Translations under genes and position numbers: made by a program
The notes under the pieces: generated by a model
Database searches by the model: none
What the model saw: only the letters and a program-made list of their open reading frames with translations
Told to the model about the DNA's origin: nothing
NCBI GenBank assembly: GCA_043228905.1
Contig: JBHGNT010000011.1
Coordinates: 8,928,001-8,992,000, forward strand
Length of the DNA stretch: 64,000 bases
Source of the DNA: Azolla caroliniana
Taxonomy: Eukaryota; Plantae; Polypodiophyta
Reading direction: 5' to 3'
Shown here: in pieces, positions 13,801-26,700 of the stretch
Layout of the letters: each line of letters starts with the position of its first letter
Numbering within the stretch: the stretch's first letter is position 1

Positions 13801-16800
13801 CATTGATATTATATTTCGCTTCTCGAATGCGCTCATTCCAAAAGCGAATATCCCAAAGATGCATATTTTCACCTTCGGGTGCCCCTTGCTCTTTTACAAA
13901 TGCTTCCAAATCTTCAAAATCTGCATAATTATTTGCATTTCTTAGTTAAATAGCATATCCTGTATAAAAGTTGTAGTCAGCTCATAGCATGGCATCAGAA
14001 ATATATTTTTCACTGGATTTCAAATACCTTTCATCGCAGAATCCCAAGAAGTTCTCCGTAGATCCTCCAGAAGCTTCTCAGCTTTCTCTAATGTTGCCAT
14101 TTTCATGACCATACTGACCTTCAAAAAGGAGGCTATCATACCACCTGGTAGAAAATAGGATACATCTCAAATCTGAAATCATTTCAAAAAGAAATACCTG
14201 TGCATGACTCTTATATCCAAGAAGCTTCGCTTTTTCCAAGCGAAGCTTCAGAATTTCATTGATAATGGAAGTATTGTCCACATCTCCAGATGAAGCACGG
14301 GTCATGAATGCACGATAAACTTCTTCCCTAAGGGAACGATTACGAGCATGCAGCATGATGGATAAATAGCATGGAATATCCAAGGTGATTAACCATGGAC
14401 CATCCTCTCGATTAGCATTTATATAGCCCTATATTCATTGCAAACATCATGGTTCAAAATATCAGACAAAAGAATTGACTAAAAGATAGGCCTTCATGGA
14501 TATCCAGCTCAGACCTTCGCTGCTGCAGCTTGGGCTGTCAAATCAAGCGCTGTTGGGGGCAAGCCTGCTACATCATCTCTGTTTGTTATAAGTTTTTGGA
14601 ATTGTTTGGTCGAATCTAAGACATGCTCACTGAACTTAGTTGACAGCTTTGCAAGCTCCTGGATCACTCCACAAGTAAATGGGAAAGACAGCCAAAAATG
14701 TAGTCAAGTTTACTTTGTTTTTTCGAATCTAAGACATGCTTACTGCACTTAATTTACAACTTTACAAGCTCCTGGATCACTTAATAATTAGAAAGAAAAG
14801 CCAGACCATAATTTGTCAGCATATTCCAAATACGCCTGAAAGTTAGAGAAAATAATGTACGCAAGGTACCAAGACCTCTCAATAGACCATGAGATTCTAG
14901 GATAAACACCTTCTCTCAGCTAGGACAGCGGGAAAAGGAGAAAAGGAAATTTTCACATTGTATAAGTATTGAAAATGTGTGGGTGGTAGATCCTCGTATG
15001 GAAGACATGGACCCAATCTGGAAAAATATAGCATGCTCCCTTTCTCTAAATATCTGATCAACTCACAGGCCTCCTTCTATAACTCTGAACACATCTAAAA
15101 GCAAATACCATCCCTGCAATTTTATGTATAAAAACAGACAAAAACCAAAATATGCTAGCACTTCAAAAGAGATTTTATTGGAACCTGGCAGATCTCGTTG
15201 AAGCGCGATTTTGCATCTCCTTCCAGTCCTACCCCGTTGAGTGCTGCCTCCGTTACTGTACCTTGAAGTTCAGATCCAGGACTTTAACTCTAGAAAGCAA
15301 TTTACTTCCTTCCCTAATTAGCACATCATCTTATTTTTGCACATGCAATTGCAGACAGAGTGTCGGCATGCAAATTAAGAAAGAAATGAGCAGGACAGAA
15401 CCAGTTACCATCTATAATGCGACGTTGTGCCTCCGTGAATGTATCCCAAAGAGAACCGTCATGCATCATTTTAAAGGATTCATAAATAGGCCTGTTCTGA
15501 CTCAATTTCAATTGGAATGCTACTATCTCGGGCTGTCAAGTATGTCATTTATTTAATGTTTGACATGAGCATGTTGATTTTGGAAATAAGTAAGTAGCAT
15601 GAGATTATGAAAATATCATTAGTTCCTGAAATTGTATTCTTGATGTAAGGAATCACCTGCACTATCTCAATAGCTGCTCGAAGTTCACTTGAATCCTTCA
15701 CTGCTTTTAGGTGGCTAACCACACCCCATACAACAGCCAACTGATCAACAATCATTTCCAAAGGCTCCACTAAATGAGGCCATGTTGGTTTTAAATTTTC
15801 TTCCAGTATCATTAGGTCATTCTCCTGCATCACAAGATAAGTATTTCTCTTAGATCCATGACGTAAATTGGAATAAAAACTTGGAATGTTAGAAAATTTT
15901 ATATCTGATTACAAAAAATTGTATTTTTCAATATTAAATAGTTTTTTGATTACTTTGATCTTGAGATGGCCAAATCATAGTGTCATAATTTGATCCACTA
16001 CTATCTTCTACACATGATGTTCAGAGACACCGCACAAGAGATGTTCACCATCTGTACGCTGGAATTGTATCCTTTCCTATTTCTCTTCATTGCAGAGCTG
16101 GGGTAATCTTTTGGAGCAGGGCATGACACGTTGCATAATGCAATGCTTCATGACTTGCAAGACCCTTACGTGGACTTTTTCCCAAGAAAAAAACTGGATT
16201 CAGATCAAAGTTATGATATATGAATCCGGATCTCTTAGCCTGTATATTCAGTAAAAAGCTATTTCCGGAGACTTAAGAGTACTATGATGATGGTGCCTCC
16301 ACTCAAATAGGGACCACCTGCTTAGAACGTAAATATTGGCGTATCATTATTGACTGAACTGTGGGCATCAATTTTTTATTATGAGTTAAGTAGATGGACA
16401 ATATGTAGGGGCTTCATTGAGAGAGGAGATTTTTTACTTGTGATCATGTATTGATATTCAGAAATATCACTGAGAAGTGCATTGCCCATCAAAGACTATA
16501 TACCATAGGTAGGTGTTGATACAGTGTATAAGGACACATTGATAAGTAGGCTAACAGAGAAGCTTGTATGGGGATATCAAGTTGTTTTATAGACTATAAT
16601 ATGCAGAAGACAGGTATATATGTAGCTGCCAGAGCAAGGGCATTCCATAATAGGGTAAAACAGGGATGCGTGCTCTCTTTACCAGTCTTATGTGCGATTC
16701 GTGAATAAGATATGCAAAAATATTGTGTGAGAACAGGGTAGCAGAGCAAATTTATTACGAATTTAGAAACTCTTGTATAGTACAAAAATGATCATCATTC

Positions 16801-18818
16801 TTAGGAGGCCTACAGCAATACTTTGATGCTCAGCATATTTTTGCTGATAATGGACTATCATTGAACCTTGGGGATATAGAGAATGTGCAGACACTTAATC
16901 AACACAGAGAAACAATGCTGCATTTACATTGTTTCTATAAGGTTCCTATAATGCATTTACATTGTTCAGTCACTGTCAATCCATTTACTACATTAACTCA
17001 GCTACTCTCTCCATTGCCCAGACTTAAAAGAGGGGTTGGTGCTTATTCACACCAATAGGGGAAGCCAAGGATTTAGACATTCAAGTATCCTTGCATTAAC
17101 CATCTCATCCTTTCCCATATATTGACAGAATCATCAAGCAAAACCACCTAGAGCATGGATAAAGCCATGCAAAAAGGTAAAGGACGAAGACAGACTTTTA
17201 TCCTGACCATATTCTCTATTCACCTGAAGATAGAATTACATAGATAAATTTCTGTCTCATGGATTGAGGTGCACCATGGAAAAATCTACACCTCATCAAA
17301 TAGTTAGAAGTACGTGTAGGGGTGTGCATTTCCAAGTGGATATGTCACATGTCCCATATAGAGCTGAAACAAGTGCGGCATAATACTATGTGATAATGGA
17401 AATTTGTAATGTGCACAGAACTTATAAATCATCTTTGAGTGCTCAAAGACGTATGTTAGATTCATGCTGAAATGTCAAATAGCATGAAAGCATTCATTAA
17501 TAGATAATCAAAGAGTGGTAATATTTTAGAAAATCTTTGATTCCGTGCCTATTCACTCACTCTAGCACCTTAATATCTATCGCTCACACATAGATAACAA
17601 TAAGACCACTGTCCAGCGGCAAACCCCGCCACAGAAGATCATAAGAGACAGTATATATAAGCACACGTTCTCTCTCTCTCAATTGATCAGGCAATAGCAA
17701 TTTGCAGTGCACGTAGGCCCCAACCCCATGGACCACGACCTCGACACACTTGTCATTGACAGATAAAAGCCATTATCTCCCGCCATCGCAAGTGCTTCCC
17801 TCACTTCGGAGACATTTCCATTCTGGATCGACCTATGCTAGAGATCTTTCGAAGACAAAAGCTACAATATACCTAACTTGAGGATCTCACATGTGCCAAA
17901 AACCAAATTCCCTCATTTCTTTTCTTTTCATGTTATTTACTTTTATATTTACTGTGTAATATTTATTTTATTTTGATTTGTTGTCAAAGACGAGACAACA
18001 CTTAAGATGTAATCTCTAATTTGGTCTTATAGGCCATTTTGGCCTCTTAAAAGACGTTAATATATCTTTCTTTCTTTCTCACACACACGCACACACATAT
18101 ATGCATATATCCCTGAATTTTCAGAAAATTCCTCCAATGACTCTCTTAATACAAATCTCTCTCTTTATTTTAGTTATGATGACTGGATAAATACTCATTT
18201 TGTTGTAAACCAATTGTCTCATGGGCCAATTTTGGCCTTAGAAGACGTTAATATATCTTTCTTTCTTTCAGCTGTATACTTAGAGAAAGAGTGTGAGATA
18301 TGAAGAGTTTTTTGAGAAATCAAAAAAGAATCAAGAAACAGAAAGGCTAAATAACAGAAAAAATAATCATGTTTTCCCTACCAACCAAACTAGAAGAAAA
18401 AGAAATCCAAGGCCATAACTCAAAAACTAGTAAATTGTAAGGAAATTAAGACTGGACGGATCATGGGAATAAAAGATCCGTTCTCTACTTTAATATACGG
18501 TGTGTGATAGAGGTAAGGCAATGATACCAGCTGGTGGAGGAGAGCCCGTATGCCAGGCACGATATGCAGGGCGTGGATGGCGTCAAATGGCGGGAAAATA
18601 GTGGAGTTGTGAAATAGTAGCGGATTCGTGTAGCGTAGAACAGGTGGTGGAAGCGGAGGATTGATGGCACAAACGTGCTGAGAGTAAGCAGGAGCAGGAC
18701 ATTGCATCATATAACTGGGCAGACACATCTCCTCCTTCACCTCCTCCTCTGCAATTGCTATCGCTATTTCTAGTGAAGCAGCTGCGACAGCAAGAAAGAA
18801 AAGCCATGCTACTACCAT
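4535..18818 (-). CDS. Peptidase M3A oligopeptidase A (OOP/CyOP/thimet-like), multi-exon, with TE-filled introns
   Basis: Exons read on the minus strand: 18818-18528 ([24 protein letters not shown]), 15824-15657, 15532-15409, 15261-15185, about 14659-14515, about 14427-14198 (GPWLITLD..), about 13366-13123 ([18 protein letters not shown]), 13040-12895 ([34 protein letters not shown]), about 11066-10948, about 7172-6633 ([19 protein letters not shown]), and a last exon 4615-4535 ([26 protein letters not shown]). Several small exons around 13.5-14.1 kb are not listed. Confidence 0.95.
4724..5313. mobile_element. Degenerate hAT-like MITE in the last oligopeptidase intron
   Basis: The ends aatcggcaatggtttagttc and aaccaaactgttgccaaatacta resemble the TIRs of the element at 56820. 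The interior has many aaaccg/aactgaac subterminal motifs. No clear TSD. Confidence 0.5.
5335..5595. repeat. Direct duplication of about 115 bp in an intron
   Basis: gaatatcacatctctcaaagaaaatgctattcaccaaagaggacatt...gagacagtgatgttg occurs at about 5336 and about 5475. Confidence 0.85.
7695..8767 (-). mobile_element. Miniature non-autonomous Copia LTR element (TRIM-like) with a gag remnant
   Basis: LTRs at 7695-8045 and 8479-8767 (TG..CA). The 5-bp TSD CACTT is on both sides. The tRNA-iMet PBS (tggtatcagagc on minus) is at 8465-8476 and the PPT (aagtgggagat) abuts the other LTR. The 433-bp interior encodes a Copia gag N-terminal fragment ([29 protein letters not shown]). Confidence 0.92.
8855..10750 (-). 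mobile_element. Truncated non-LTR retrotransposon (RTE/RTE-X-like LINE): RT plus C-terminal Cys/His domain, disrupted
   Basis: ORF 9749-10693 has [24 protein letters not shown] and YTYLG. ORF 8894-9490 has [28 protein letters not shown]. Internal stops and frameshifts are present. Confidence 0.93.
11134..12320 (-). mobile_element. Second copy of the same LINE family, internally deleted, with the 3' UTR and (TTTC)n tail
   Basis: 11400-12010 matches 8860-9490 and 12054-12290 matches the RT start at 10545-10745. The tail gaaagaaagaaagatatattaa is at 11134. Confidence 0.85.
16400..17060 (+). mobile_element. Highly degenerate L1-like RT remnant in oligopeptidase intron 1
   Basis: Only vestigial motifs remain: RVKQGCVLS (about 16652-16680), FADN (about 16840) and an LP..GGLG-like segment (about 17010-17040). 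Confidence 0.35.
17690..18082 (+). mobile_element. LINE 3' fragment (family A)
   Basis: It matches the reverse complement of 43470-43870 and ends ggccattttggcctcttaaaagacgttaatatatc(tttc)n. Confidence 0.85.
18160..18270 (+). mobile_element. LINE 3' terminal fragment (family B)
   Basis: Nearly identical to 31370-31480 (ttttagttatgatgactggataaatactc...ggccttagaagacgttaatatatc). Confidence 0.8.
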
Positions 18819-19169
18819 CGTCGTCGTGTCGAAGGCTTCCAATCTCTGTATCCTTCCTCCTCTCTCCTATGTGTGTTTGGGGAGTAAATAATTTACCATC
18901 ACACACACACACACCCACCTGCCAAAGAACAAAGCTCCCCCCCATAACATACACATTTACATAACATAGCACAAACACATACATCTATTTTTTTATCTTG
19001 GCACGAAGGATATATGTATATATATTTGTTTTGTACATATTTACAAATTCAAACACACGTTTCTATTTACAACCAAATATGTAGTAAAGAGGCCTCATGA
19101 TAGGAAATCGCGGTCACCAACCATGCGTGGAATCTGCACTCTCGTAACTTTATCCACAAAAACCACATG

Positions 19170-19540
19170 CCTAAATACTAACCCGACTCTAGCCAACCTC
19201 TCTCACATCTAACCAAGGCAGAGAGATTTTCCAACCCCAGGGCAAATCCCGCCATGACATTACCTAACCCGGACTATGTAAACCTAACACGAGGAAAGAG
19301 ATTTTCCAACCTAGGCATTGTAATTTCTAACTCGGGCAAATCCTACCATGATGACATTACCTAACCCAGACTATGTAAGCCTAACCAGGGCATTTTAATT
19401 CTCTAAAACTAGCCAAGTCTTCATAACCTAACCCGACGTTCTTACCTAACCCGATCATTCATACCTAAACAAACATTCCACCCAACCTAGTCCTTCGAAC
19501 CTAATGCAGCGTTTTATCCTAACCCAGCGGGCACTAAAAC
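19170..19540. repeat. cctaacc-rich degenerate repeats, probably a DNA-transposon subterminal region
   Basis: Two copies of gagattttccaacc..gggcaaatcc..catgacattacctaaccc.gactatgtaa and many cctaac motifs. Confidence 0.45.
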
Positions 19541-20063
19541 CTTGCACATTTACATTTTTTCGCCAGTTTTTGAATTTTTGAACCCTGTTGCACCCATGCT
19601 CAACAACTTGCACCTACACCTATGCTCGACCACCTACACCCACACTTGCATTTGCACCTACACCAATACGCGAACCTAAATCTCCACTTGGTAAGTATTT
19701 CCTTCGTTTGCTTATCTATCTAGTGCAAGAATGTTTTGGGTCAGTATCAATGATGATGGTTAGGGTTTAGGGTTCTCAATCTGAATACTTTTAGATTCTT
19801 ATGGCTTGCATGCATTGTGTTCTTCGTTTTCATATTTGTCTACTGCAACAATGTTTGTGAGTATAAGGATGTTTGTGAGTATCATATGAATGATCTAGTG
19901 TCGGGATCAATGATTAATGAGATATGGTTAGGGTTTAAAGTTTTCAATTTTTTTGAAACTGTGAAGGCATTTGGATTATGGTGGCTTGCATATATTTATT
20001 GTGATGAATGTGAAGATGTGCATCGGAATGATATGAGGACCTGTAGATTAGCGTTAGAAAAAT

Positions 20064-20603
20064 TGTTAGCTTGATTGAAGAAAGCAAGAAGCATAGAACA
20101 CAGTGACATGGTTCCAGCTCACATGGCACTCTTATTATTCCCTCCAAAGACTCTCTCTCTCTCTCTCTATCTTTACAATGTCACGGTTAGGCTTATATAG
20201 TCAAGCCCTAAGTGGGTAACATATTCACACTAGAGATACAAATGGGTGGAGTCAGCCTTTTATGCCAACAAACTCCCTCGTAAAAGGACTTCTCTATATG
20301 GGTATACAATCTGTTAGGGTTATCTCCCTTGTAAACCTAGATTACAATTTGAATCTAAAATTACAGCTGTAGCGTTACAAGTGGATCGTCTTATGCCCAA
20401 ATTGGCAAAGGTTAAGTCTAAATATAGCCTAATTCAGCTAGTGTCTGGATCATGTGTAGTCCGGATAGGTTAGTTTGAATCAAATGGTGTACGGAATGGC
20501 TCCTTTGCCCGGATCAGATCGTGTCTGAATCTGGCTTTTGGCCTCTAGTTGTCCTTTGCCTCTTCACTTTTGCTCGCTCATGTGCTCTGCACTGGATCTA
20601 ACA
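20064..20603. mobile_element. Probable solo LTR
   Basis: TGTTAG...CTAACA inverted termini and LTR-like composition. No TSD was found. It abuts a truncated hAT TIR (atcgacaatggtttgg) with aaccgaac repeats at 20604-20800. Confidence 0.5.
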
Positions 20604-23309
20604 ATCGACAATGGTTTGGTTTGGAGGTCCCAAACCCAAATTGGTTCAAACCAAACTCTTAAGAAAAAGTTGAAACTCAAACCGAACTGAACCACGAAGC
20701 TGTCTAAACCGAACCATTTACAAAAAAATCGAACCTAAACCAAATGGTTCTAGAGACTTATGAACTGTTAAGACGCGGTTTTGCGGTTCGGTTTTGGTTT
20801 CTTTTTATAAACACATTATCAATGTTTTTTCTAAAATTTACATAAGCCCACATGTTAACATTATGATGACATCTAACAATAAATAAAAGATTTAATCAAA
20901 AAATCTTAAAAACTTGCTAGACTATGTCAATAACTTCCAAACATGGTGATACTTTGATTCTGCCAAGTAGGCTTTATTTCTACGCAATATAAAAATGAAA
21001 TTTGGGTTTCTCCATGATCAATTACATGTCAATAACTTCAAAACATGTATATATATACAAAATGGCATTGATTCAATGTCCAAATAGGGTGATGCTCTGA
21101 TTCCACCATGTAATATTATTTTTAAACAAATAGTGTAAATTGCGTCAGAAGTAGAGATTATTCCAGAAATAGGGTTTGTTGTACCGCTTCATATTTAGTT
21201 CTCTTTTTTGTTGTACCGCTTCCAAAATATTTAGTTCTCTCTTTTGTTGTACTGCTACTTCTAAGCTTTCCTCGCTTGAAGCCATGAACAATGTTGGATC
21301 CAACCGGAACTATAGAAAATTTCATATTTACCAGCAAAATAAAAACCTAGTGTGACAAATAAGCAAATTATCGTATTAGGTGTTAACGAGCAAAGAAAAG
21401 CTATTACCTTAGGAGGGTTGCTCCAAGATATTTCATGACACATATTCAACTTTGATGTCGTGCGAGCTCATTTTGCATGAAATCTTTGAGGAATATCATA
21501 CATTTGATTGTGATAATTATTGCCTGAAATATCATTTCTAGGATCATTGGAACGGATGAGGTCCTATTGTATAGGTCCTAAGATAGATGGACAGTTATCC
21601 GAAAGAAATAATCGCACCTGTATAACCCACTACCAAGAAATTAGTCATTAACCTTAGATTTACAATTTCTACATGCAAGAAATATATTATCTAATAAGTA
21701 ATACATCCAAGTAACAAGTTCATATCCAAATTCTAGAGAATGACCGATATCATCATATCATAACCACATACCAGAATTCCATTCCATTACCTGAACAACC
21801 ATTGCATACCAATTCCCCCATATAATATAGAGCATCAATACTAAAGCGCCATATTCACTAAGCCTTGTACCAAGTCCAAGGTAATCCTCACAAATACAAG
21901 GAACAAATTAATGATTAATGTTTACAACAAAATGTGGAATGTATTATTATTGCCATCTATAAAGATTACATTATAAAGTAGATGAAGAATAAAATTCACC
22001 TGTTTGAAACCTCAATCAACTTCTGAAATTCACCTGTCTAAAAACTTGTTGGAACTTAATTTGTCAAATGATGTAAACAAATAACTAAATACGAAGCATA
22101 AAAAACATTAAAATCCATAAAAAAATGAAGACCTTAGAAAATACCAAAAAATCATGTGATATTTTATAAACATGAATAACAAAGAGTATGGAACTATGTG
22201 GCTGAGATGTGCTAGTAATGTAATGCTTTTCTAACAAATGTTTTGTAAGAGTACCCGTGGATGTATTATTTGACCAACTAATAGAGCAATGAGAGCATCA
22301 ACGGCATGGCACACCGTTATCTATGATATTTATAGTGTGTCGGTCTGTCCATGACGTTTGTTGTCTCTTTAATTTGCCTTTGGATGTGTTACTTGTAGAA
22401 GTTGAGGCCATTGAATTTGGGGATGATATAGTGTTTAATAAAGGGGTGTCCACACTTGATTCCATGTTCTATGAGGAATTAGAAAACAGTATTGGACCAA
22501 AGGAAGTCATAATTAGTGGTAGAATAAGATGATATGTATAAAATCAAGGGCACATATTACTCAAGATATTGAAGGAGATTTTATATGCTCAAAAACATAT
22601 GGAGCACAATCTAACATTGAGGGGAACTAAATTCTTTATATTTGCTACAATCAAACAAATTTGGTTCTCTTAAGAATGAATGCAGAGACCTATGAAAAGA
22701 TCAAAGAAATTATATCTACTTGAGTATCGATGGAAGTTATTTAAACAAGATTGAAAAGAAAAAGGTCAGTTTATCACTGTTGGATACAAACAAAAGAGCT
22801 ACCTAAAACTGGAGTTGTTAAATCTCTAAATAGAAGGACAAAAAAATACTATACTATTGAATTATGACAAAAGATGATTCAGTCATTGTTATAGGATGTG
22901 ATGCTTAGTAAATAGTGAAAATAAAATGACAATGAAAAAGTCAATAACATAATCAAGAAGAATAAAGAAGAAAGAAATATTGCAAACAATGGCAGTAGCA
23001 AAGAGGAAGAGAAACACTGATGAAAAACCAACTCCAGTGGTATAACACAAGAGTGACCATTCATAAACCTTTCGCCCAAACAGTTTAATTCATTGGAGCA
23101 TACAAGATACAATGTAATGCCTAAAGTTGAGAGCACTCCAATGTATTTAGTTTGTTGTTTCTGGGCCTACCATTTCTAGTGACATTCTAATTTTCTGAGA
23201 ATTACGAGCAGCCAGAGCCTAATTTTTTATGTCTAGCAGAGTTAGATGTAAAGAGACATTTCAACATGCAAAAAGAAAAATCAGCCATTACGTTTACTAC
23301 ATCAGTGGA

Positions 23310-23770
23310 AACGATCTACAAAATAGTGGCACATAGTTCTTTTATGGCCTTCCATTGCGGGCTATCTAACAAGGGTCAAAGACAGGACAAGCACACTAAA
23401 GAATGTCAAACTAGCAAAATCAAGTATGGCTTCTTCGTAACAAATTGCAATCATCGTGTCCTTGTCAAAAGTTGAATTGTACAAGGCTGAATCATATTCA
23501 TGTACAACCACCTATGAAGATTCAACTAACATTCCATGTATCTACAATTTCTCATACTTATTACTTTGATGAGAAAGCAATCTCCATCACAAATCAAGAT
23601 TGATAAATAGGAATGTCACCAAAAGAAAAGGAAAAGATCATTGATGCCAATCTACAAAATAGTGGCACATAGTTCTTTTATGGCCTTCCATTGCGGGCTA
23701 TCTAACAAAGGTCAAAGCTAGGACAAGCACACTAAAGAATGTCAAACCAGAAAAATCAAGTATGGCTTCC
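23310..23770. repeat. Direct repeat pair of about 120 bp
   Basis: atctacaaaatagtggcacatagttc...aatcaagtatggcttc occurs at about 23314-23433 and about 23650-23769. The second copy ends at the Copia LTR. Confidence 0.85.
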
Positions 23771-26700
23771 TGTTGGGTTCTTGCTTTGAATCCCAAAAAG
23801 CTTCCCCACTTTAGGGTTATGAGAGTATATATAGACATGGGGAAAAAACCTCCTAAAGATGGAAAAAATGCCCCTATTGTCCTAAGTGTGTTCACACACA
23901 TCATTGTCCTAAGTGTGTTCACACATCACTGTCCTAAGTGTATTCACACACATCACTATCCTAAGTGTGTTCACATAGCACTGTCCTAAGTGTGTTCACA
24001 CACATCACTACCGAAATATGTCAACAAATCCTCCTTGGGAGTGATGCAGTGAACAAGGAGCTAACACTCATGGCTAAGCAAGTGCCAAGCTATGTGGATA
24101 GAGATCAATCCACAAATGGAAGTAGTCCTAAAGCTTTGTGGAAAGCTTCAAACTTCTCCCTAGGCAGAGCCTTTGTGAAGAGGTCTGCAATGTTCTCTTG
24201 CGTGGGCACATAAGCCAAACTGATCTCTCCGGCAGAGAACCTTTCCCTGACATAGTGATAATGCACCTCAATGTGCTTAGTGCAAGCATGGAACATAGGG
24301 TTCCTCGCAACTGCCATTGCGCTTTGACTGTCAATGAAGATGGTGGTGGTAGAAGTGGCCACAATAGGCTGGTTCTTGCGCAACCAAGATATGCATGAGC
24401 TACCAAGCATGAAGCAAAAACCACTTGTGGACACACGAGTGTCATAACAACCAGCCCAATCAGAGTTAGAAAAAGCATGCAGGTTTGGCGGTAGTGTTCC
24501 CCCCTTGGGATAAAACAACGGGTACCACTCAAGTAGCGAAAGATGCGATTAACTGTCTACCAATGCTTAACTCCTAGGCAATGCATAAACCTGCTCATCT
24601 GAGAGACAACAAACTGAATATCATGTCGGGTTATGCATAAGTAAATCAAGCATCCAACTGCTTGTTGATATAGAACAACATCAAATGCATCTCCAACATC
24701 ATGAAGGTTCAAACGTAAACCTATCTCCATGGGAGTGTCAATAAGTTTACAGTCTTCAAGGCCAAAACGCTGCAATAATGTGTCAATGTATTTCGATTGA
24801 CACAAAGCTATTCCACCATCAACTTGCATAAATTGAATGCCCAAATAATGATGCAAATGCCCCAAATCTGACATCTCAAAAGAGGCATGCAAATCAGCCT
24901 TAAAGTTTGCAATATGCTTCTCATTGGGACCAGTGAGCAACATATCATCGACATACACAACCATGATAAAAAATACATCATCAACACGCTTAACATATAA
25001 GGTGCTTTCAGTTGGACTATTCTCAAACCCAAATGTAATCAAATAGGCACGTATCTTTTCATACCAAGAACGCGGTGCTTACTTCAAGCCATATAATGCC
25101 TTTCTCAACTTGCACACTTTGTGTTCATGCCCTTTTCGCACAAAACCACGGGGTTGAGATACATACACTTCCTCATGAAGATCACCATTTAGAAATGTTG
25201 TTTTAATGTCCAACTAATGTACATTCCAACCACAATGAGCTGCAATTGCACATATGCTACGAACAATAGTCATACGACAGGTGGGCGCAAAGGTCTCATC
25301 AAAATCAATGCCTTTTTCTTGGGCATAACCTTTTGCAACAAGCCTAGCCTTATACTCGTCAATTGTTCCACCAGGTTTACGCTTTAGCCTATATACCCAC
25401 TTAGTGCCAATAGCCTTCTTGCCAAGAGGCAAGTCACATAAAGACCATGTACCAGTCTTCATAATAGCATCATATTCTGATTGCATAGCAACCATCCAAT
25501 TTTTTGAATTTTGTGCTTCATCAAAAGAAACAGGCTCATTCTCATTGTAAAGACTAGAGGCAGCTATAACATAACAATCTAATGCAAAAGAAGCACTATG
25601 ATAACCTGAATGAGTACGATATGACAAAGGAAAATCCAATTTACTATCTTGCAAAGTCTGCAACAACCATTTAGGCAAAATCTTTGCCTCCTCTATATCA
25701 ACCCTCTCATTAATAAGTGCATCATGTAAGTCTGCATCAGAAATAGAATGATCTGTATCATTATGAGTAGCTTCCAAAGGCTGAGAAGGTGCCTCAAGTG
25801 GGCCAACACTTAACTGTCCACTTGTAAACAGAGGCAACAAAGTGTCATACACATATCTGGAGCTAACTGATGTCTCCTTCGTACATGAAAGAAGTGGCTA
25901 AATTGCATCCTCCACAAAAACAACATCACGGCTAACCAAAATGCATTTAGATTGTGGATGGTACAGATGATAGCCTTTACTTTCAGAACTATATCCTACA
26001 AAAATACATTTCACTGCTTTATCATCCAATTTGTTGCGTTGTTGTTTAGGCACTAATGCATATGCCAAATAACCAAAAACACGCAAATGAGCAACATATG
26101 GCTTTTGGCCATGCCAAGCTTCATATGGAGTGATAGAGTGCAGTGCTTTAGTGGGACACCTGTTGAGTACATGTGCTGCACACATGACAGCCTCAAGCCA
26201 GAAACTATGTGGTAAGGCCTGACTTTTGACCATACACCTCGCCATTTCCATGAGTGACTAGTTCTTTCTTTTAGCAAATCCATTTTGTTGAGGTGTATAC
26301 GGCACTGTACACTGATGTTTTATCCCACATTCAGCCAGAAATGCATTAAACTCAGAAGACATATACTCCCCCCCTCGATCAGAACGGAGGGTGCCCATTT
26401 TACATGCTGACAAATTCTCAGCCAAAGCTAGAAATTGTTTGAAGCACAGAAACACTTCGGACTTTGCCTTCAATGGATATACCCATGCGTGCCTAGAAAA
26501 GTCATCAATGAAAGTCACGAAATAAAGATAGTTCCCAAGAGAATGTGTTTGCATAGGACCATAAACATCGCTATGGACAAGCTGCAATTTTTGCGTAGCT
26601 CTAACTGAACCATCTTTTGGAAAGGATGAACGTTGCATTTTGCCCAAAATACAACCTTCACAAACATGCTTCCAAGGTGCCTCAAGTTTGGGCAAGGAGG

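Noticed and set aside
20800-23300. Possible hAT transposase remnants downstream of the truncated TIR
   Set aside because: No convincing transposase motif or second TIR could be read.
23875-24010. 26-28 bp repeats resembling a CRISPR array
   Set aside because: The units are directly tandem with no unique spacers, lie inside a Copia LTR of a eukaryote, and have no cas genes nearby.
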